61,163 bases of DNA from an uncultured Clostridium sp. (GTDB lineage Bacteria; Bacillota; Clostridia; TANB77; CAG-508), in the NCBI GenBank assembly GCA_947648255.1, contig CANSNA010000003.1, positions 1-61,163 on the forward strand, written 5' to 3'. This document shows positions 33,446-46,100 of the stretch, piece after piece. The position numbers and the translations under genes are program-made. The notes beneath the pieces were generated by a model. That model ran no database searches, was not told where the DNA came from, and worked only from the letters and a program-made list of their open reading frames with translations. Within the stretch, counting starts at the first letter, position 1. Every line of letters starts with the position of its first letter.

Positions 33446-34168
33446 ATGAGAAAATTTTTTATTTTTATTTTATTATTTTCAGTTTTAACTTTTATTAACT
33501 CTAATACTTTTGAACCTTATTCTAACTATAATAATTATTCAGCTTCAAAACTTGAAACTAAAAGTTCTATTTTGGAGGAAAAACATAATACCTCTCCAAT
33601 TTTCACAAAATCGTCTATTCCTGATACGGTATATAGTAAAATGCTTGGCTGTTCTATTCCAAATGAAGCTAAAAATAATATAGATATATCTACTTTGTCA
33701 TATTTGCAGATTTCTTATTATGGATTTGACAAAAATATCCACACTGGTGAAATGATTGTTAATTCTAAGCTCTCAGATGAAGTTTTAAGGATTTTTAAAG
33801 ATTTATACTACATACAATACCCTATAGAGAAAATCAGGCTTATAGACGAATATGGAGCAGACGATGAGTTGTCTATGAGTGATAACAATACTTCCTGCTT
33901 TTGCTACAGACCTATCTCTGGTACATCAAAACTTTCTTATCATTCTTATGGAACTGCAATAGATATAAATCCACTTTATAACCCTTATGTATCATCAAAA
34001 GGTGTAAGTCCTGTTTGTGCTACTCTTTATTCTGATAGAGGTTTTAATTTTGAGCATCAGATACAAAAAAATGATGAACTTTATAATATCTTTATTTCTA
34101 GAGGTTGGACCTGGGGTGGAGACTGGAAAACTCCCAAAGATTATCAGCATTTTGAAAAAAAAATATAG
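33446..34168 (+). CDS. M15-family metallopeptidase (D-Ala-D-Ala carboxypeptidase-like), secreted
   Basis: Signal peptide; SYHSYGTAIDINP and WGGDW...DYQHFE motifs. Confidence 0.85.
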   Translation: MRKFFIFILLFSVLTFINSNTFEPYSNYNNYSASKLETKSSILEEKHNTSPIFTKSSIPDTVYSKMLGCSIPNEAKNNIDISTLSYLQISYYGFDKNIHTGEMIVNSKLSDEVLRIFKDLYYIQYPIEKIRLIDEYGADDELSMSDNNTSCFCYRPISGTSKLSYHSYGTAIDINPLYNPYVSSKGVSPVCATLYSDRGFNFEHQIQKNDELYNIFISRGWTWGGDWKTPKDYQHFEKKI

Positions 34169-34169
34169 A

Positions 34170-34188
34170 GGCGTACAGCTTGTACGCC
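34170..34188. terminator. Hairpin between convergent genes, likely terminator
   Basis: GGCGTACA-GCT-TGTACGCC. Confidence 0.55.
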
Positions 34189-34196
34189 CCAATATT

Positions 34197-37100
34197 TTAT
34201 AATGTTATATGAATTATTTGTTGCCAAATTGCTGAGCTTGAATCTAGTGGTGTATAATATACATCTACTGACATAATTACAGCTTGATCTCCTATATTCT
34301 CTACATTTTGTTCTAGCTCTGCAATATTTTTATCTGTTATTCCAATTCCTATATAATGTATTTCGTCTTCTGCTGAAGTTGCAAGTTTAATTTGTCCATT
34401 AATATTTGTAAATCCTCTAAGCATTATCTTGTTTCTTGAAGAACCTGCACCTTGTGCTTTATCTATGAAAGATACATTTCCTGGTTTATCTTTATTTCTG
34501 TCTCTATCATTGATAAACTCTTCTGTAAGTGTACTTCCTACTTCATTTCCAACTTTATTTATTGGTGTTAATGTATAATATAAGTCTGCTATCTTATATA
34601 TATATGTGTTTCCTAGCTTATATAAAGTTCCATCTTCGTCTGTTGAAACAAGCTCTGCTCCTGCTGGTGTAGATTGATATATTGTCATCCACTGTGTTTC
34701 TGTTTGTGTTCCAACTTTAACTGCTGTTGTTTCTTCACCTTCTGTTACTATAATACTAATGGTGCTTAAAACTTTTCCTGTTGATGTTTCAACTATATTG
34801 AAGTCTAATTTAGAACCAAGTTCTACATCATCGCCAATATGTATTAAAAGTTTATTAATTGGCTTTTCACTACCTGCACCTATTTCAACATTGTTGTCAT
34901 CTAATGAAGCTGCTCTCCAGTCTTTATCTTGGAATGTAAGCTTATCATATCTTATATTAGATGCTGGAATATCTTCTAATAAAATTACATTTTCTTTATC
35001 ATATTCATGGTAGAATTCTATATCTACTACTGAATCTCCAACATTACAGCTCTTCTTGTTTGTTCCATTTGGATTTGCTTTTGTTGGTGCAAATACTGCA
35101 TAACTTACACTATAATCATGTTTAGCTTTTATCTTTGTTATAGCATCTCCATTTGAGTTTGGTACATTTTTAATGTATGGTGTTACTGTGTAAGTTCCTG
35201 GCTTTTTGGTCCAGAATTTTAGTTCAATTACTCCACTTGATGTTTCTTCCTCTATAAATCCATAATTTTGATTTGGAATTTCTTTATATGTTCCTGCATT
35301 ATCTATTGTATAAGTATTTCCATCACTAGTTGTAACTTTTATTCCTATTTGTCCTGTTCTTAATCTACTTATCTCTTTTTTAGATTGTATATCTGCAATC
35401 TTTATTGGAGTAAAGCAAATTACATTTTTCTCTGTTTGAACTTGTGTTACTGTTAGTTTTGTAACTGGTGGTGTAATTGCTTGTATCTTGTTAATATGAA
35501 CTGTCTTTATTGTTGTATTTCCTTCTCCATAGTCTATTCTAATTGTTCCATTTTCTAATCTATCTAATTCTGCACTTGTTTCAATGTTTGCTTTAATTGC
35601 AATTCCTATATAATTTATAGTTCCTGTTTCATCATCAGGTTCAGCAAAAGTATTTCCAACTCCCATGATAGCTTTAAAATCTAATAAATCTGTAGGATTT
35701 CCTGCATTATCATAGTGAGATATTTCTATTCCACCATCTGCCAAAGCCTTTCCAAGCATATCCTTAGTTATTGGTAAACTAGATGAATATTGGTCTTTTA
35801 AGCTAATTGGTATCATTGTGTAATATGGACCTACATTATCAAGTTGTTTTATTGTATAGTCTGAGGCTTGCTGTGAATATACTGAATCTTCCATGCGAAG
35901 TTTTGCTGTTGTCTTATCCGTGGTTCCAAGAGTTATTTCATATTTTGATGCATTATAAATTGTAATCATTCTTTGATTTCCTATATCATTATTTATATTC
36001 ATCGTAACTCTTACAAATGTAGGGCTTGTAGGTTCAGTATTTAAGTCTTTAAGTGCCTTTACTCTAATTTGTGATATCCTTCCATTTAATGCAATTGCAT
36101 CATAACCTTCATCGGTTAATAATTCATATGCTATTTGTGTATTATCTAAATCTCCGAGTTCAATTGCACCTGTTCCTATTCCTGAAAATTCTTTAAATGT
36201 AACATTTAGTCCTGGATATTGGCTTTTTGCAATTGGGTCAACTTCTACCAGATCTGTCCAGCCTAGTCTTTTATTTTCATATAGATGTGAATATATAATA
36301 TCTGCTGTTATGGCATCTCCTGTTTTTATCTTTGTATTTGCATTAATTATTTTTCCATCTAATGTAAATTCTCCTATTTCCATTGCAGTAGGTTTTCCTG
36401 TAATTCTTGAAGTTAAAATAATTTCTGCACTTTGTATTTCTCCTACTGGCTCATATTTACCTTCTAAAGCTAATTTCTCTGTATATGGTTTTACTGTTAC
36501 TTTAAATGAACCTCTCTCTGTAACTGTTGCATAGATATTTACTACTTTTTCTCCATTATCATCTACTGCATCTTCTTTTCTTATATCTTTTTTGAATTTA
36601 TTTGTTGTAACAGTTCCATCAATTGCTTCAAATTCAATGTCTATTTTATTTGCTGATATTTCTTCTTCACTTGTACTTCCTTTTACTGTGGCTATAAGAA
36701 TATCATCATATATTTCTCCAACAACTGTTTCATTTTTTAAGTTTATAACTGTTTCAAGTTGTTTCTTTACATTTATAAATTGATTACCTATAGAGTATTC
36801 TATATTTTCTTTAGTTACAGGATGAACTGTTTTATATGTTATTCTAAGTGTTTGTCTTACTCCTGTTTCACTATATTTAGCAATATTAGGCTCTGTATTT
36901 GTTCCTGAATATGCAGTTAAGTCTCTATAACTTATTTCTGTATTAGGTTTTCCTGATCTCCAGTGTGCTACAGCAGTTATACCTTCTAAATTAATTGTTT
37001 CATTGTTTATGTAGTCTGTTTTCTTTAAAGCTGATGTAGATGTAAGTTCTACATTTTCTATTATATCTACAACTTCAACTACTTTTATTAGTGTATCTGT

Positions 37101-38540
37101 ATTTCCAATTGCTCCTGATGTTCCTGTTTGCTTTGTTGCTGTGTATTTTATTTCATATTTTGTTCCAACATCTACTATATTAATATTTGTTTTTATCATT
37201 TCACTTATTTTTTCTTCAGTAGTTTTTATATTATCACCTGTGCAATCTTCTGGTCCTATAGTTGTTCCATCTGGTGCTATACTTGTTATTTCTGCTGTTA
37301 CTGGGCATTCTATTGTTTCATCTTCATCATCTACTGCTGTAACCTTTGGTGCTGTATAAGTTTCATTTAAAGCTACACTATCTGCAAATTTTCCATCTAT
37401 TTTGAAAATTGGTACATGTGGTGTTACTGTAATGTCAATTGTTGTTGTTACTCCTTGATATTCAAGTGTTAATTTTTGTTTTTCTGTAGTTGTGCTGTTT
37501 GTATCTGCATATTCTGGTGTACATTTTATTTCATCTATTGGTATTATTCTAGTTGTCTTATCATCATATGCCATTATAGCTTTTGCTCTTAATCCTTCTA
37601 GACTTATTTTCTCACCTTTTGCAAAGTCTGTCTTTGTAGGCATTCCGTCTGGATCTATTTGAATTCCTACTACATAGTTTTTAACTTCAACTTCTCTTCT
37701 TACTTCATTTGCTTTATTTCCATTACTATCTGTTACATTATATTTAAGTATATATGTACCTGGCTTATTTACATTTACTTCACCTGTTACTTTTAATCTT
37801 GATTTAATATTGTAATCTACATTATCTTTTACTGTAACTCCTACAAGTGGATCATATTTTACAGGTTTTTCTGTAGTAGATACTCTTATTTCTTGTTTTT
37901 CTGTTCCTTCATCTAATGTTATTATAGGTTTTTCTTTATCATTTTTTATATCTGATGTAGGTAAAGTATCTATTATCTTATTTTTACCTAGGATAAATTG
38001 CATTATTCTTTGGGCATCTAATATGTTTAATTCCTCATTATTTGGTTCATCTACATTTGCTGCTATTCTATTGGCTCCTGTAATTAAGTTTTCTTTAGGT
38101 CTTAGAACTTGCTTCATAATGCTTTGGGCATCTAATATGTTTACCCTACCATCTCCATTTACATCTCCATATATTAAAACTGTATATGTACCATTTTCTA
38201 AGGTATCTACTTTAACTCCTGTTGCCATTGTATTTGATGAAAAGTTTACAGGTGTTAGCCCTGAATTATACATTTCTCCAACTACTTGTTGTTTTGGCAC
38301 AATTTCACTTGTGCTTCCAATAACTATTGGTAAATATTTTGTACTATTTTGTGTGAATGCATCTTTAACATAGTTTCCTGCATCATATTCATTTAAGTTA
38401 ATTCCATAAATATTTGTAATTGCTGTTTGCACTTCTGGATTTAAAGCTAAGATAGCACTTATTAATATTATAAGCAAAAGTATTGCAAATAGTATTTTCC
38501 TTGGATAATTTGATTCTTTAGCTCTTCTTGCCTTTGACAT
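34197..38540 (-). CDS. Large secreted protein (1447 aa) with dockerin-like and Ig-like domains
   Basis: N-terminal TM/signal; GDVNGDGRVNILDA...NVD...LNILDA duplicated dockerin motif; DUF5011-like GTYILKYNVTDSNGN repeat. Confidence 0.78.
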   Translation of the reverse strand: MSKARRAKESNYPRKILFAILLLIILISAILALNPEVQTAITNIYGINLNEYDAGNYVKDAFTQNSTKYLPIVIGSTSEIVPKQQVVGEMYNSGLTPVNFSSNTMATGVKVDTLENGTYTVLIYGDVNGDGRVNILDAQSIMKQVLRPKENLITGANRIAANVDEPNNEELNILDAQRIMQFILGKNKIIDTLPTSDIKNDKEKPIITLDEGTEKQEIRVSTTEKPVKYDPLVGVTVKDNVDYNIKSRLKVTGEVNVNKPGTYILKYNVTDSNGNKANEVRREVEVKNYVVGIQIDPDGMPTKTDFAKGEKISLEGLRAKAIMAYDDKTTRIIPIDEIKCTPEYADTNSTTTEKQKLTLEYQGVTTTIDITVTPHVPIFKIDGKFADSVALNETYTAPKVTAVDDEDETIECPVTAEITSIAPDGTTIGPEDCTGDNIKTTEEKISEMIKTNINIVDVGTKYEIKYTATKQTGTSGAIGNTDTLIKVVEVVDIIENVELTSTSALKKTDYINNETINLEGITAVAHWRSGKPNTEISYRDLTAYSGTNTEPNIAKYSETGVRQTLRITYKTVHPVTKENIEYSIGNQFINVKKQLETVINLKNETVVGEIYDDILIATVKGSTSEEEISANKIDIEFEAIDGTVTTNKFKKDIRKEDAVDDNGEKVVNIYATVTERGSFKVTVKPYTEKLALEGKYEPVGEIQSAEIILTSRITGKPTAMEIGEFTLDGKIINANTKIKTGDAITADIIYSHLYENKRLGWTDLVEVDPIAKSQYPGLNVTFKEFSGIGTGAIELGDLDNTQIAYELLTDEGYDAIALNGRISQIRVKALKDLNTEPTSPTFVRVTMNINNDIGNQRMITIYNASKYEITLGTTDKTTAKLRMEDSVYSQQASDYTIKQLDNVGPYYTMIPISLKDQYSSSLPITKDMLGKALADGGIEISHYDNAGNPTDLLDFKAIMGVGNTFAEPDDETGTINYIGIAIKANIETSAELDRLENGTIRIDYGEGNTTIKTVHINKIQAITPPVTKLTVTQVQTEKNVICFTPIKIADIQSKKEISRLRTGQIGIKVTTSDGNTYTIDNAGTYKEIPNQNYGFIEEETSSGVIELKFWTKKPGTYTVTPYIKNVPNSNGDAITKIKAKHDYSVSYAVFAPTKANPNGTNKKSCNVGDSVVDIEFYHEYDKENVILLEDIPASNIRYDKLTFQDKDWRAASLDDNNVEIGAGSEKPINKLLIHIGDDVELGSKLDFNIVETSTGKVLSTISIIVTEGEETTAVKVGTQTETQWMTIYQSTPAGAELVSTDEDGTLYKLGNTYIYKIADLYYTLTPINKVGNEVGSTLTEEFINDRDRNKDKPGNVSFIDKAQGAGSSRNKIMLRGFTNINGQIKLATSAEDEIHYIGIGITDKNIAELEQNVENIGDQAVIMSVDVYYTPLDSSSAIWQQIIHITL

Positions 38541-38561
38541 TATTTCACCACCATTTCTTTT

Positions 38562-39611
38562 TTATTTTAATCTTTTCGCATTTGCGTTTCTTTTTTTCTC
38601 TTTTCTATACAAAACTATCAATATAATTATTATAATTATTAAGATTGCAACGCAAACACCAAGGGCTAGGGAAATGCGTTCTTGTTCGTCTAGCCCCTGA
38701 AAAAAATCCACGATTTTATCAAATGAGCTTCCTTCTTCTTTTTCTACTAATGTATCTATTGATAATCTATCTTTTAATATTTCATATTCACTTAAAAGTT
38801 TTGCATTATCTGCAAGTTCTATTGCATTTTGAAGTGATTGCCAGCTATCTTCTGTGTATTTATCTTGTGATTTTCCCATTAAGTCTCTTAATAATTGGTT
38901 TAATTCTGGCTTTTCAAATTCTGCAATTTCTAAGTTATTTATTGTAAGCAATGTCTTTATGCTGTCATATTCTTCCTGAGTTGTTGCATTCATTCCTTTT
39001 TGTATCGCTTCTTGAAGTGATTGCCAACTTTCAGGTGTATAATCTGATTCTATTAATCCTATGATTGCTGCTTCTACTGCATCTAATTCTGATTTAGTTA
39101 TAGTATTTGGATTTTGTTCATCTGGGCTTGGTGTAGGAGTTACCTTTGGTTTATTATTTGTATTTCCATTTGATGAACTTGTCTGATTTGCAACTGTAAC
39201 ATTTACACTACTTGTTCCAATATTATTTGATTTATTTGGAACTATTAAATTACTTATGCTAAATTTTCCTGTTCCTGTAGCTTTTGCTTTAAATGTGAAT
39301 GTTACACTTGAAAGAGTTGGTGTATCTGTAGGGCTAAACCATGCAAACATACTACCTGTAAAGTTCTCAGAACCTGTTGAGCATGATACATAATCAAATT
39401 TGCCTTGGTCATAATTAAAAGCAAATTGAGCTGCTGCGACAGCTTCTCCAAATGATACTGTTATTGAAACTGTTTTTCCAACAGTTACTTTACTTGCTGA
39501 TGTTCTTATGTTTGTTGATACTGCACTTACACTACCTGATAAAATTATTATTGACATACAAAAGACTAATAATATAGTCATAAAATTTTTAATTTTTTTC
39601 ATACTTTTCAT
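38562..39611 (-). CDS. Membrane-anchored cohesin-like protein with FIVAR-like repeats
   Basis: Signal peptide; VTVGKTVSITV...FNYDQGKFDYV...VTFTFKAKATG domain; two DYTPESWQSL-type repeats; C-terminal TM plus basic tail. Confidence 0.7.
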   Translation of the reverse strand: MKSMKKIKNFMTILLVFCMSIIILSGSVSAVSTNIRTSASKVTVGKTVSITVSFGEAVAAAQFAFNYDQGKFDYVSCSTGSENFTGSMFAWFSPTDTPTLSSVTFTFKAKATGTGKFSISNLIVPNKSNNIGTSSVNVTVANQTSSSNGNTNNKPKVTPTPSPDEQNPNTITKSELDAVEAAIIGLIESDYTPESWQSLQEAIQKGMNATTQEEYDSIKTLLTINNLEIAEFEKPELNQLLRDLMGKSQDKYTEDSWQSLQNAIELADNAKLLSEYEILKDRLSIDTLVEKEEGSSFDKIVDFFQGLDEQERISLALGVCVAILIIIIIILIVLYRKEKKRNANAKRLK

Positions 39612-39733
39612 CTCTCCTTTGTGTCTTCCAACGTATCTATTATACCACTTTTCTTTTGTTTTGTAAACATAATATGTGAACTTTTTGGTTATTTTTCAAA
39701 AAATTTACAATTTTTTTACCAATTTTGAATTTT

Positions 39734-39961
39734 TTATTGTATTGGCTGTATATTATTTGCAGGTTTTGTTAATGGCTCATCCGTAAATTCTGGATACCTT
39801 TGGTCATTATTTTGGCTATTTTCATCTTCATTATTTACTATATTTTTATCTATATTATTATCTACAATTTCTTTACTTTGTTTACCTATAAATATTACTG
39901 TTATGATTACAGCTATAATTACTATGATTACACATATTAATATAACTTTTTTATTTTTCAT
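39734..39961 (-). CDS. Small single-TM hypothetical protein
   Basis: 75-aa ORF, AAGGG RBS, TTGACA-17-TATAAT promoter at 40003-40031. Confidence 0.7.
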   Translation of the reverse strand: MKNKKVILICVIIVIIAVIITVIFIGKQSKEIVDNNIDKNIVNNEDENSQNNDQRYPEFTDEPLTKPANNIQPIQ

Positions 39962-40103
39962 AATTTCCCTTTCTTTTATATTTTTTACTATTATACGTTT
40001 TTATTATAATAATCTTTTGTTAGTTTGTCAACAGAATTTTGCCTTAAATTGTAAATTTCCGTAACTATTTAGAATTTTAAAAATTTGAGATTTTCCTCTT
40101 TAT

Positions 40104-40150
40104 AAAAAACAAGATATATCTTATTTTCTAAGAGTATATCTTGTTTTTTT
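40104..40150 (-). terminator. Intrinsic terminator after the giant surface protein gene
   Basis: AAAAAACAAGATATATCTT / AAGAGTATATCTTGTTTTTTT imperfect stem. Confidence 0.7.
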
Positions 40151-40163
40151 ATTTTTTCAATAT

Positions 40164-43100
40164 CTATCTATCGATATCTATTGTCTTAATTTCAAGTGAA
40201 CCATCTGCATTTGTTTCTGATGCTATTAATCTTGATTTAATATCTACACTCATTGAGTTTACACCTTCAGCTAATTTGAATGTAAGTACTATGTCATTTC
40301 CTGATTTGGTTACTGAATAACGTGTTCCATTTGGCATCACAACTGTCATATTTCCTTGTCCGTCTCCTTCGCAAATTCCTTCTACTGTCTCTGGTGTTCT
40401 TGAATTATTGATAAACATATCTAATGATACTTTAGTTACATTTTCAAATCCTGTTAATTTAACAGTTACAATTCCATTATCTGCCTCATAGTAATCAGTA
40501 TCAATTTCTGTTCCTGTTATAACTCCTGAAACATCTGGTGATTTTCTTGCAATTCTTATATATCTTGTTGTCTTCTTACCTTGTGTTTCTCCTTCTTGTG
40601 GTTCAAGAGTAGCTGTTATTCTGTAATATCCATCTTGTGATAATGTTACTTTTTCTGGTTTTGCATATGTTTTTGGTGCTTCTAGCTGCTCATCATTTGC
40701 ATTTACTTTGGTTATAACTGCACTTCCTGAATCCCATTGTATTACTGTTAATTTACTAAATACTGTTGGTTTTGCTATGTTTCCTGTTGTTATTTCTTTT
40801 CCTATACCTGTATTGTTATCACGTATATAACTTATTTGTGGTGCTGTTACTTCTTTTGCTATCTTAGCTGTTCTTGTAATTGGTTTAGCTGTTCCATCTC
40901 TATTTAATAATTCATCTGGTAATCTTCTATTTGGATCAGTTACTTTTAAGTAAATATCTACTTGATATGTTCCAGGTTCACCTTCTTTGTATGATGTAGT
41001 TTTCTTTTCTCCATGTTCTGCATATCCATCAACTGCAAGTCCTGGTGCTAATGTATTTGTGTCAACTTCAAATGTTACCCAGTCGTTTGTTAATTTATAT
41101 TGTCCATTATTTGTTAGTCTAATTCCTGCAATATCTGTTTCCATGCTATATGGCTTTGGAAGTATCTTGTATTCTGCTTTCATATTTGCAATTGGTTCAT
41201 AATTATCTGTATTTCCTGTAAATTCTGCTGTTACTTGGTATGTTCCTGCATTTACTGGTTCATCACTATATGTTATTTTGCATGAAACTCCTTCTGGTAA
41301 TGTTCCTGTAATATTTACTGGTTGTGCTTCTCCTGTGTATATAGTTTCTATTTTGCCATTTATTCCAAGTGATACTCCACTCATATCATATCTTGCTTTC
41401 TTAATTGTCATTGTTCCGATTTTGATTTTATCGCTTGATATATTTCCTTCTGCATCTTTTACTATTGTTGTTTCAAACCAGTCACTATCAGCAGATGTTT
41501 CTTTAATCACATAGATATCATATGTTCCTGCATTTATTGGTCCTGCTGCTGCTGTATTTTCATATATTGTATTATCTTTTTCTGTATTCTGATTTTGAAG
41601 TACTACCCTATATAGCCCTACATGGCTTGCTAATTCACTATCATTTTCAAATGGTACTACTTCTACTGTACGTCTTACATCTTTTTCGTATGTGTAATCA
41701 TTTGGTCTTACTGTAAAGTTTTCTTCTGCAAGTTTTGCTTTATTTACTTTAATTGGTATATCTATTGTAGATAAGTCATAATAGTCTGTTTCACCAAATG
41801 TTACTGTTATTTTTGCATTTCCACTCTTTAGGAAATTTACTCTTCCATTTTCTTCGTTTGGAATTTCTACTACTCCATCTTCTGAATTTAGTGGATTTAC
41901 TGTATATGTTATTTTTCCACCATCTTTTATTTCGTTTGCATTTTTTAAGCTTACTGTAAATCCTTTAGATGTTATTATAAAGTTATTTATATCTTCTAGA
42001 CTTAAATCTGTTATTGGTGTTGGTTGTGAATGTTTCTTTACAACTACTGTTCTTATAACATCTACAGCTGCATTTCCTGATGCATCTACTGCTCCGTATG
42101 TTATTATATATGTTCCTGTACCTGTAGGTGATGTATCAATACTTGGTACTTCTACTTTTCCTGATGCTTCTCCTGGAGTTAGTTTTTCTATTTTTATTGT
42201 TTTAGTAATATTTTCTAAGTTATCATGGTTATCTATTATGTCTACTCCTTCGTCGCTATATGCACCTTCTCCAACATATACAGTTTTTGCATCTTCTCCT
42301 TGTCCGCCTGTTCCTTTTAGTTTTATAAATGGAGCTATTCTGTCTTTTATTTCAAAGGTTCCAACTTCTAGCTGTGCTGTTTCTGGTATATTTAAGTTTT
42401 CTCCTTCTGCTGATACAGTTACTACATATTCTCCTATTTCTGATGGAATGTTTGGCATTCCATTATATAATACTTTAAATGTTACTGTATTTCCGGCAAT
42501 CACTGGATTTGTAGTATTTAGGTTTGCTACAACTCCATGAGGCATTCCATTCCATTCTATTATTTTTTGTGTTCCGTCCCATGTAACAGGTATATTGGTT
42601 GTTTCTGGAATTCCTTCTTCTATTTTTATTATTTGTGTATCATCAATTGTATATGTTATGTCTTCACTTTGAAGAGTTTTTGGTGTTATGCTAAATCTTG
42701 CTATTTCTATTTCTTTAGCATTATGGTTTCTTCCTGCTGTTATTTGTACTTTTGCTACATAATTTCCTACATTTTTTGGTGCTTCATCAAGCTTTGTTAA
42801 TATTTCTTGGTTTCCTTCATCAGATGTTACTTCATAGTACATAACTTCGCTAATTAAGTCTTGAGTTAGTCCTTTTAGTACTGGCTCTTTTTCATTCATC
42901 TCAGGAGCTACTGTTATTACTTTTGACTCATTGTTATATTCATATGATGTAGGTTCTGTTATGTTTAAGTCTTCTACCTTAGGATCTCTTGGTAATATTT
43001 TATATACAGCATTTGTAATGTCTGCTTCATAGTTGCTATTTGTGCATATTGCTTTTAATGTATAGTTACCTGCTTCTTCTTTACTTACCGTATCTATATT

Positions 43101-46100
43101 TGTATTTACATCTTTTTGATAGATTACTCTTTCTGATCCTCCTGCTAAAATTTCTATTATACTTAATTCTATTATGCTTCCATCTTTTTCTATTACTGCT
43201 GGTTCTAAAGTAACTTCTTCTTCTCCAATTATAACTGTTTTTGGTGTAATTACATAATCCCAATTTTCAGGTTCTGGCTCAGATTCATAAATGCTTTCTG
43301 CTCCATTATTGCTTACTGTAACTGTTATAGGGCGTTTATTAATTGTAAGTGTTGCAGTTAATTTTGTTTCTCCTGTTTTTGTTTCTACATGGCTATAGTT
43401 TTTAGCAAGCTGTTCATCTGTTAATGTAAATGTTACTTCTGCTTCATATGTATTAGCATCTATTCCTGTATTATTTGTGTACACTGGTGTTATTCCTGAA
43501 ATTAATCCTTCTACAACAACACTTTGTTCTTCTCCATTATAGTACACTGTTTTATCGTCAAATTTTACATTATCTGGTAAGATATATGGTGCTTGTATTA
43601 TTTTTAGTGTTGCTTCTAATTGTGCTGGGTCTACATCTTTATAATTTCCTTTTAATTCATCTTTTAGGCTAAATACTGCTATTGCATCATATTCTCCTAC
43701 ATCTGTTCCTTTATTAGTTATGTAGTCTACTTTTATTCCTTCTGGTACTCCTACAGCAGTTATTTGATGTTCTTTTCCATCATACATAACTTGTTCTATA
43801 GTCTCTTTATCATCTACTACAAGTTTTACTGTGTTTGGTAAGTTATATGTTGCTTTATCTATTGTTAATGTTGCATTCATTGTGCTAGGTTTTACTGCTT
43901 TATAGTTTTTTTGTAATTCTTCGCTTAATATGAAGGTTGCTTTTGCATTATATGTTCCTGCATTTGTTCCTTTGTTATTTTCATATTCTACACTTACTCC
44001 TTCTGGTAAATTGCTTACTGTTATTTCGTGTTCTTCTCCATCATATTCTATTTTAGCATCTTCAAATGTAACATTTTCTAATAATTCATATTCTGCCTTT
44101 TCTATTGTGATTTGAGCTTCCATATTTGGAATATCATTATAATTATTTTTGTCTCCTTCAAATTTTGCAATTATTTTATATGTTCCTGCATTTACATATC
44201 CTTTATTATTTACTCCATCAATATGTGTATCATTTGGTGTATAATAATTTACTGTAACTCCATCTGGTAGTTTACCAGTTATATATAGAGTATGTCCTTC
44301 TCCATCATATATTACTGTTGCATCATTAAATGTAATTTCAGACATATTATATGTTGCTTTATCAATTTGTAAGGTTGCTTTCTTTTCATTTGGTATTACT
44401 GAATTATAATTTGTTTGTAATTCTTTACTTAGCTCAAATGTTGCTGTTATTTCATATGTTCCTGCATTTGTTTGTCCATTATTTTCTGAATATTTTGCTG
44501 TTATTCCTGTTGGTAACCCTACTGCAACTAATGAATGTACTTTTCCATCATATGTTACTGTTTTCCCTTCAAATTTTGTAGTTTCTGGTAATTTATATGC
44601 TACTTTGTTTATTGTTAGGGTTGCATTCATTTCAGTTGGACTTACTGCATCATAATTTGCTTGTAATTCTTCACTTAATTCGAAAGTTGCTTTTGCATTA
44701 TATGTTCCTGCATTTGTTCCCTTGTTGTTTTCATATTTAGCTGTTATTCCTACTGGTAAGTTACTTACTGTTATTTCATGTTCATCTCCATCATAATCTA
44801 CCGTAGCATTTTCAAATTTAACATTTTCTGGTAATTCGTATGCTATTTTGTTTATTGTTAGGGTTGCATTCATTTCAATTGGACTTACTGCATTATAATT
44901 TGCTTGTAATTCTTCACTTAATTCAAAGATTGCTTTTGCATTATATGTTCCTGCATTTGTTCCCTTGTTGTTTTCATATTTAGCTGTTATTCCTACTGGT
45001 AAGTTACTTACTGTTATTTCATGTTCATCTCCATCGTAATCTACTGTAGCATTTTCAAATTTAACATTTTCTGGTAATTTATATGCTGCTTTGTTTATTG
45101 TTAGGGTTGCATTCATTTCAGTTGGACTTACTGCATTATAATTTGCTTGTAATTCTTCACTTAATTCAAAGGTTGCTTTTGCATTATATGTTCCTGCATT
45201 TGTTCCCTTGTTGTTTTCGTATCTAGCTGTTATTCCTTCTGGCAAGTTACTTACTGTTATTTCATGTTCATCTCCATCATAGTCCACTGCTGCATTTTCA
45301 AATTTAACATTTTCTGGTAATTTGTATGCTACTTTGTTTATTGTTAGGGTTGCATTCATTTCAGTTGGACTTACTGCATTATAATTTACTTGTAATTCTT
45401 CACTTAATTCGAAGGTTGCTTTTGCATTATATGTTCCTGCATTTGTTCCTTTGTTGTTTTCATATCTAGCTGTTATTCCTACTGGTAAGTTACTTACTGT
45501 TATTTCATGTTCATCGCCATCATAGTCTACTGTTGTACCATTAAATACTACATTATTTGGTAATGCATATGCTATTTTGTTTATTGTTAGAGTTGCATTC
45601 ATTTCAGTTGGACTTACTGCATTATAGTTTACTTGTAATTCTTCACTTAATTCGAAGGTTGCTTTTGCATTATATGTTCCTGCATTTGTTCCTTTGTTGT
45701 TTTCATATCTAGCTGTTATTCCTACTGGTAAGTTACTTACTGTTATTTCATGTTCATTTCCATCATAGTTTACTGTTGTACCATTAAATACTACATTATC
45801 TGGTAATGTATATGCTATCTTATTTATTGTTAGTGTTGCATTCATTTCAGTTGGACTTACTGCATTATAATTTACTTGTAATTCTTCACTTAATTCGAAG
45901 GTTGCTTTTGCATTATATGTTCCTGCATTTGTTCCTTTGTTGTTTTCATATCTAGCTGTTATTCCTACTGGTAAGTTACTTACTGTTATTTCATGTTCAT
46001 CGCCATCATAGTCTACTGTTGTACCATTAAATACTACATTATTTGGTAATGCATATGCTATTTTGTTTATTGTTAGAGTTGCATTCATTTCAGTTGGACT

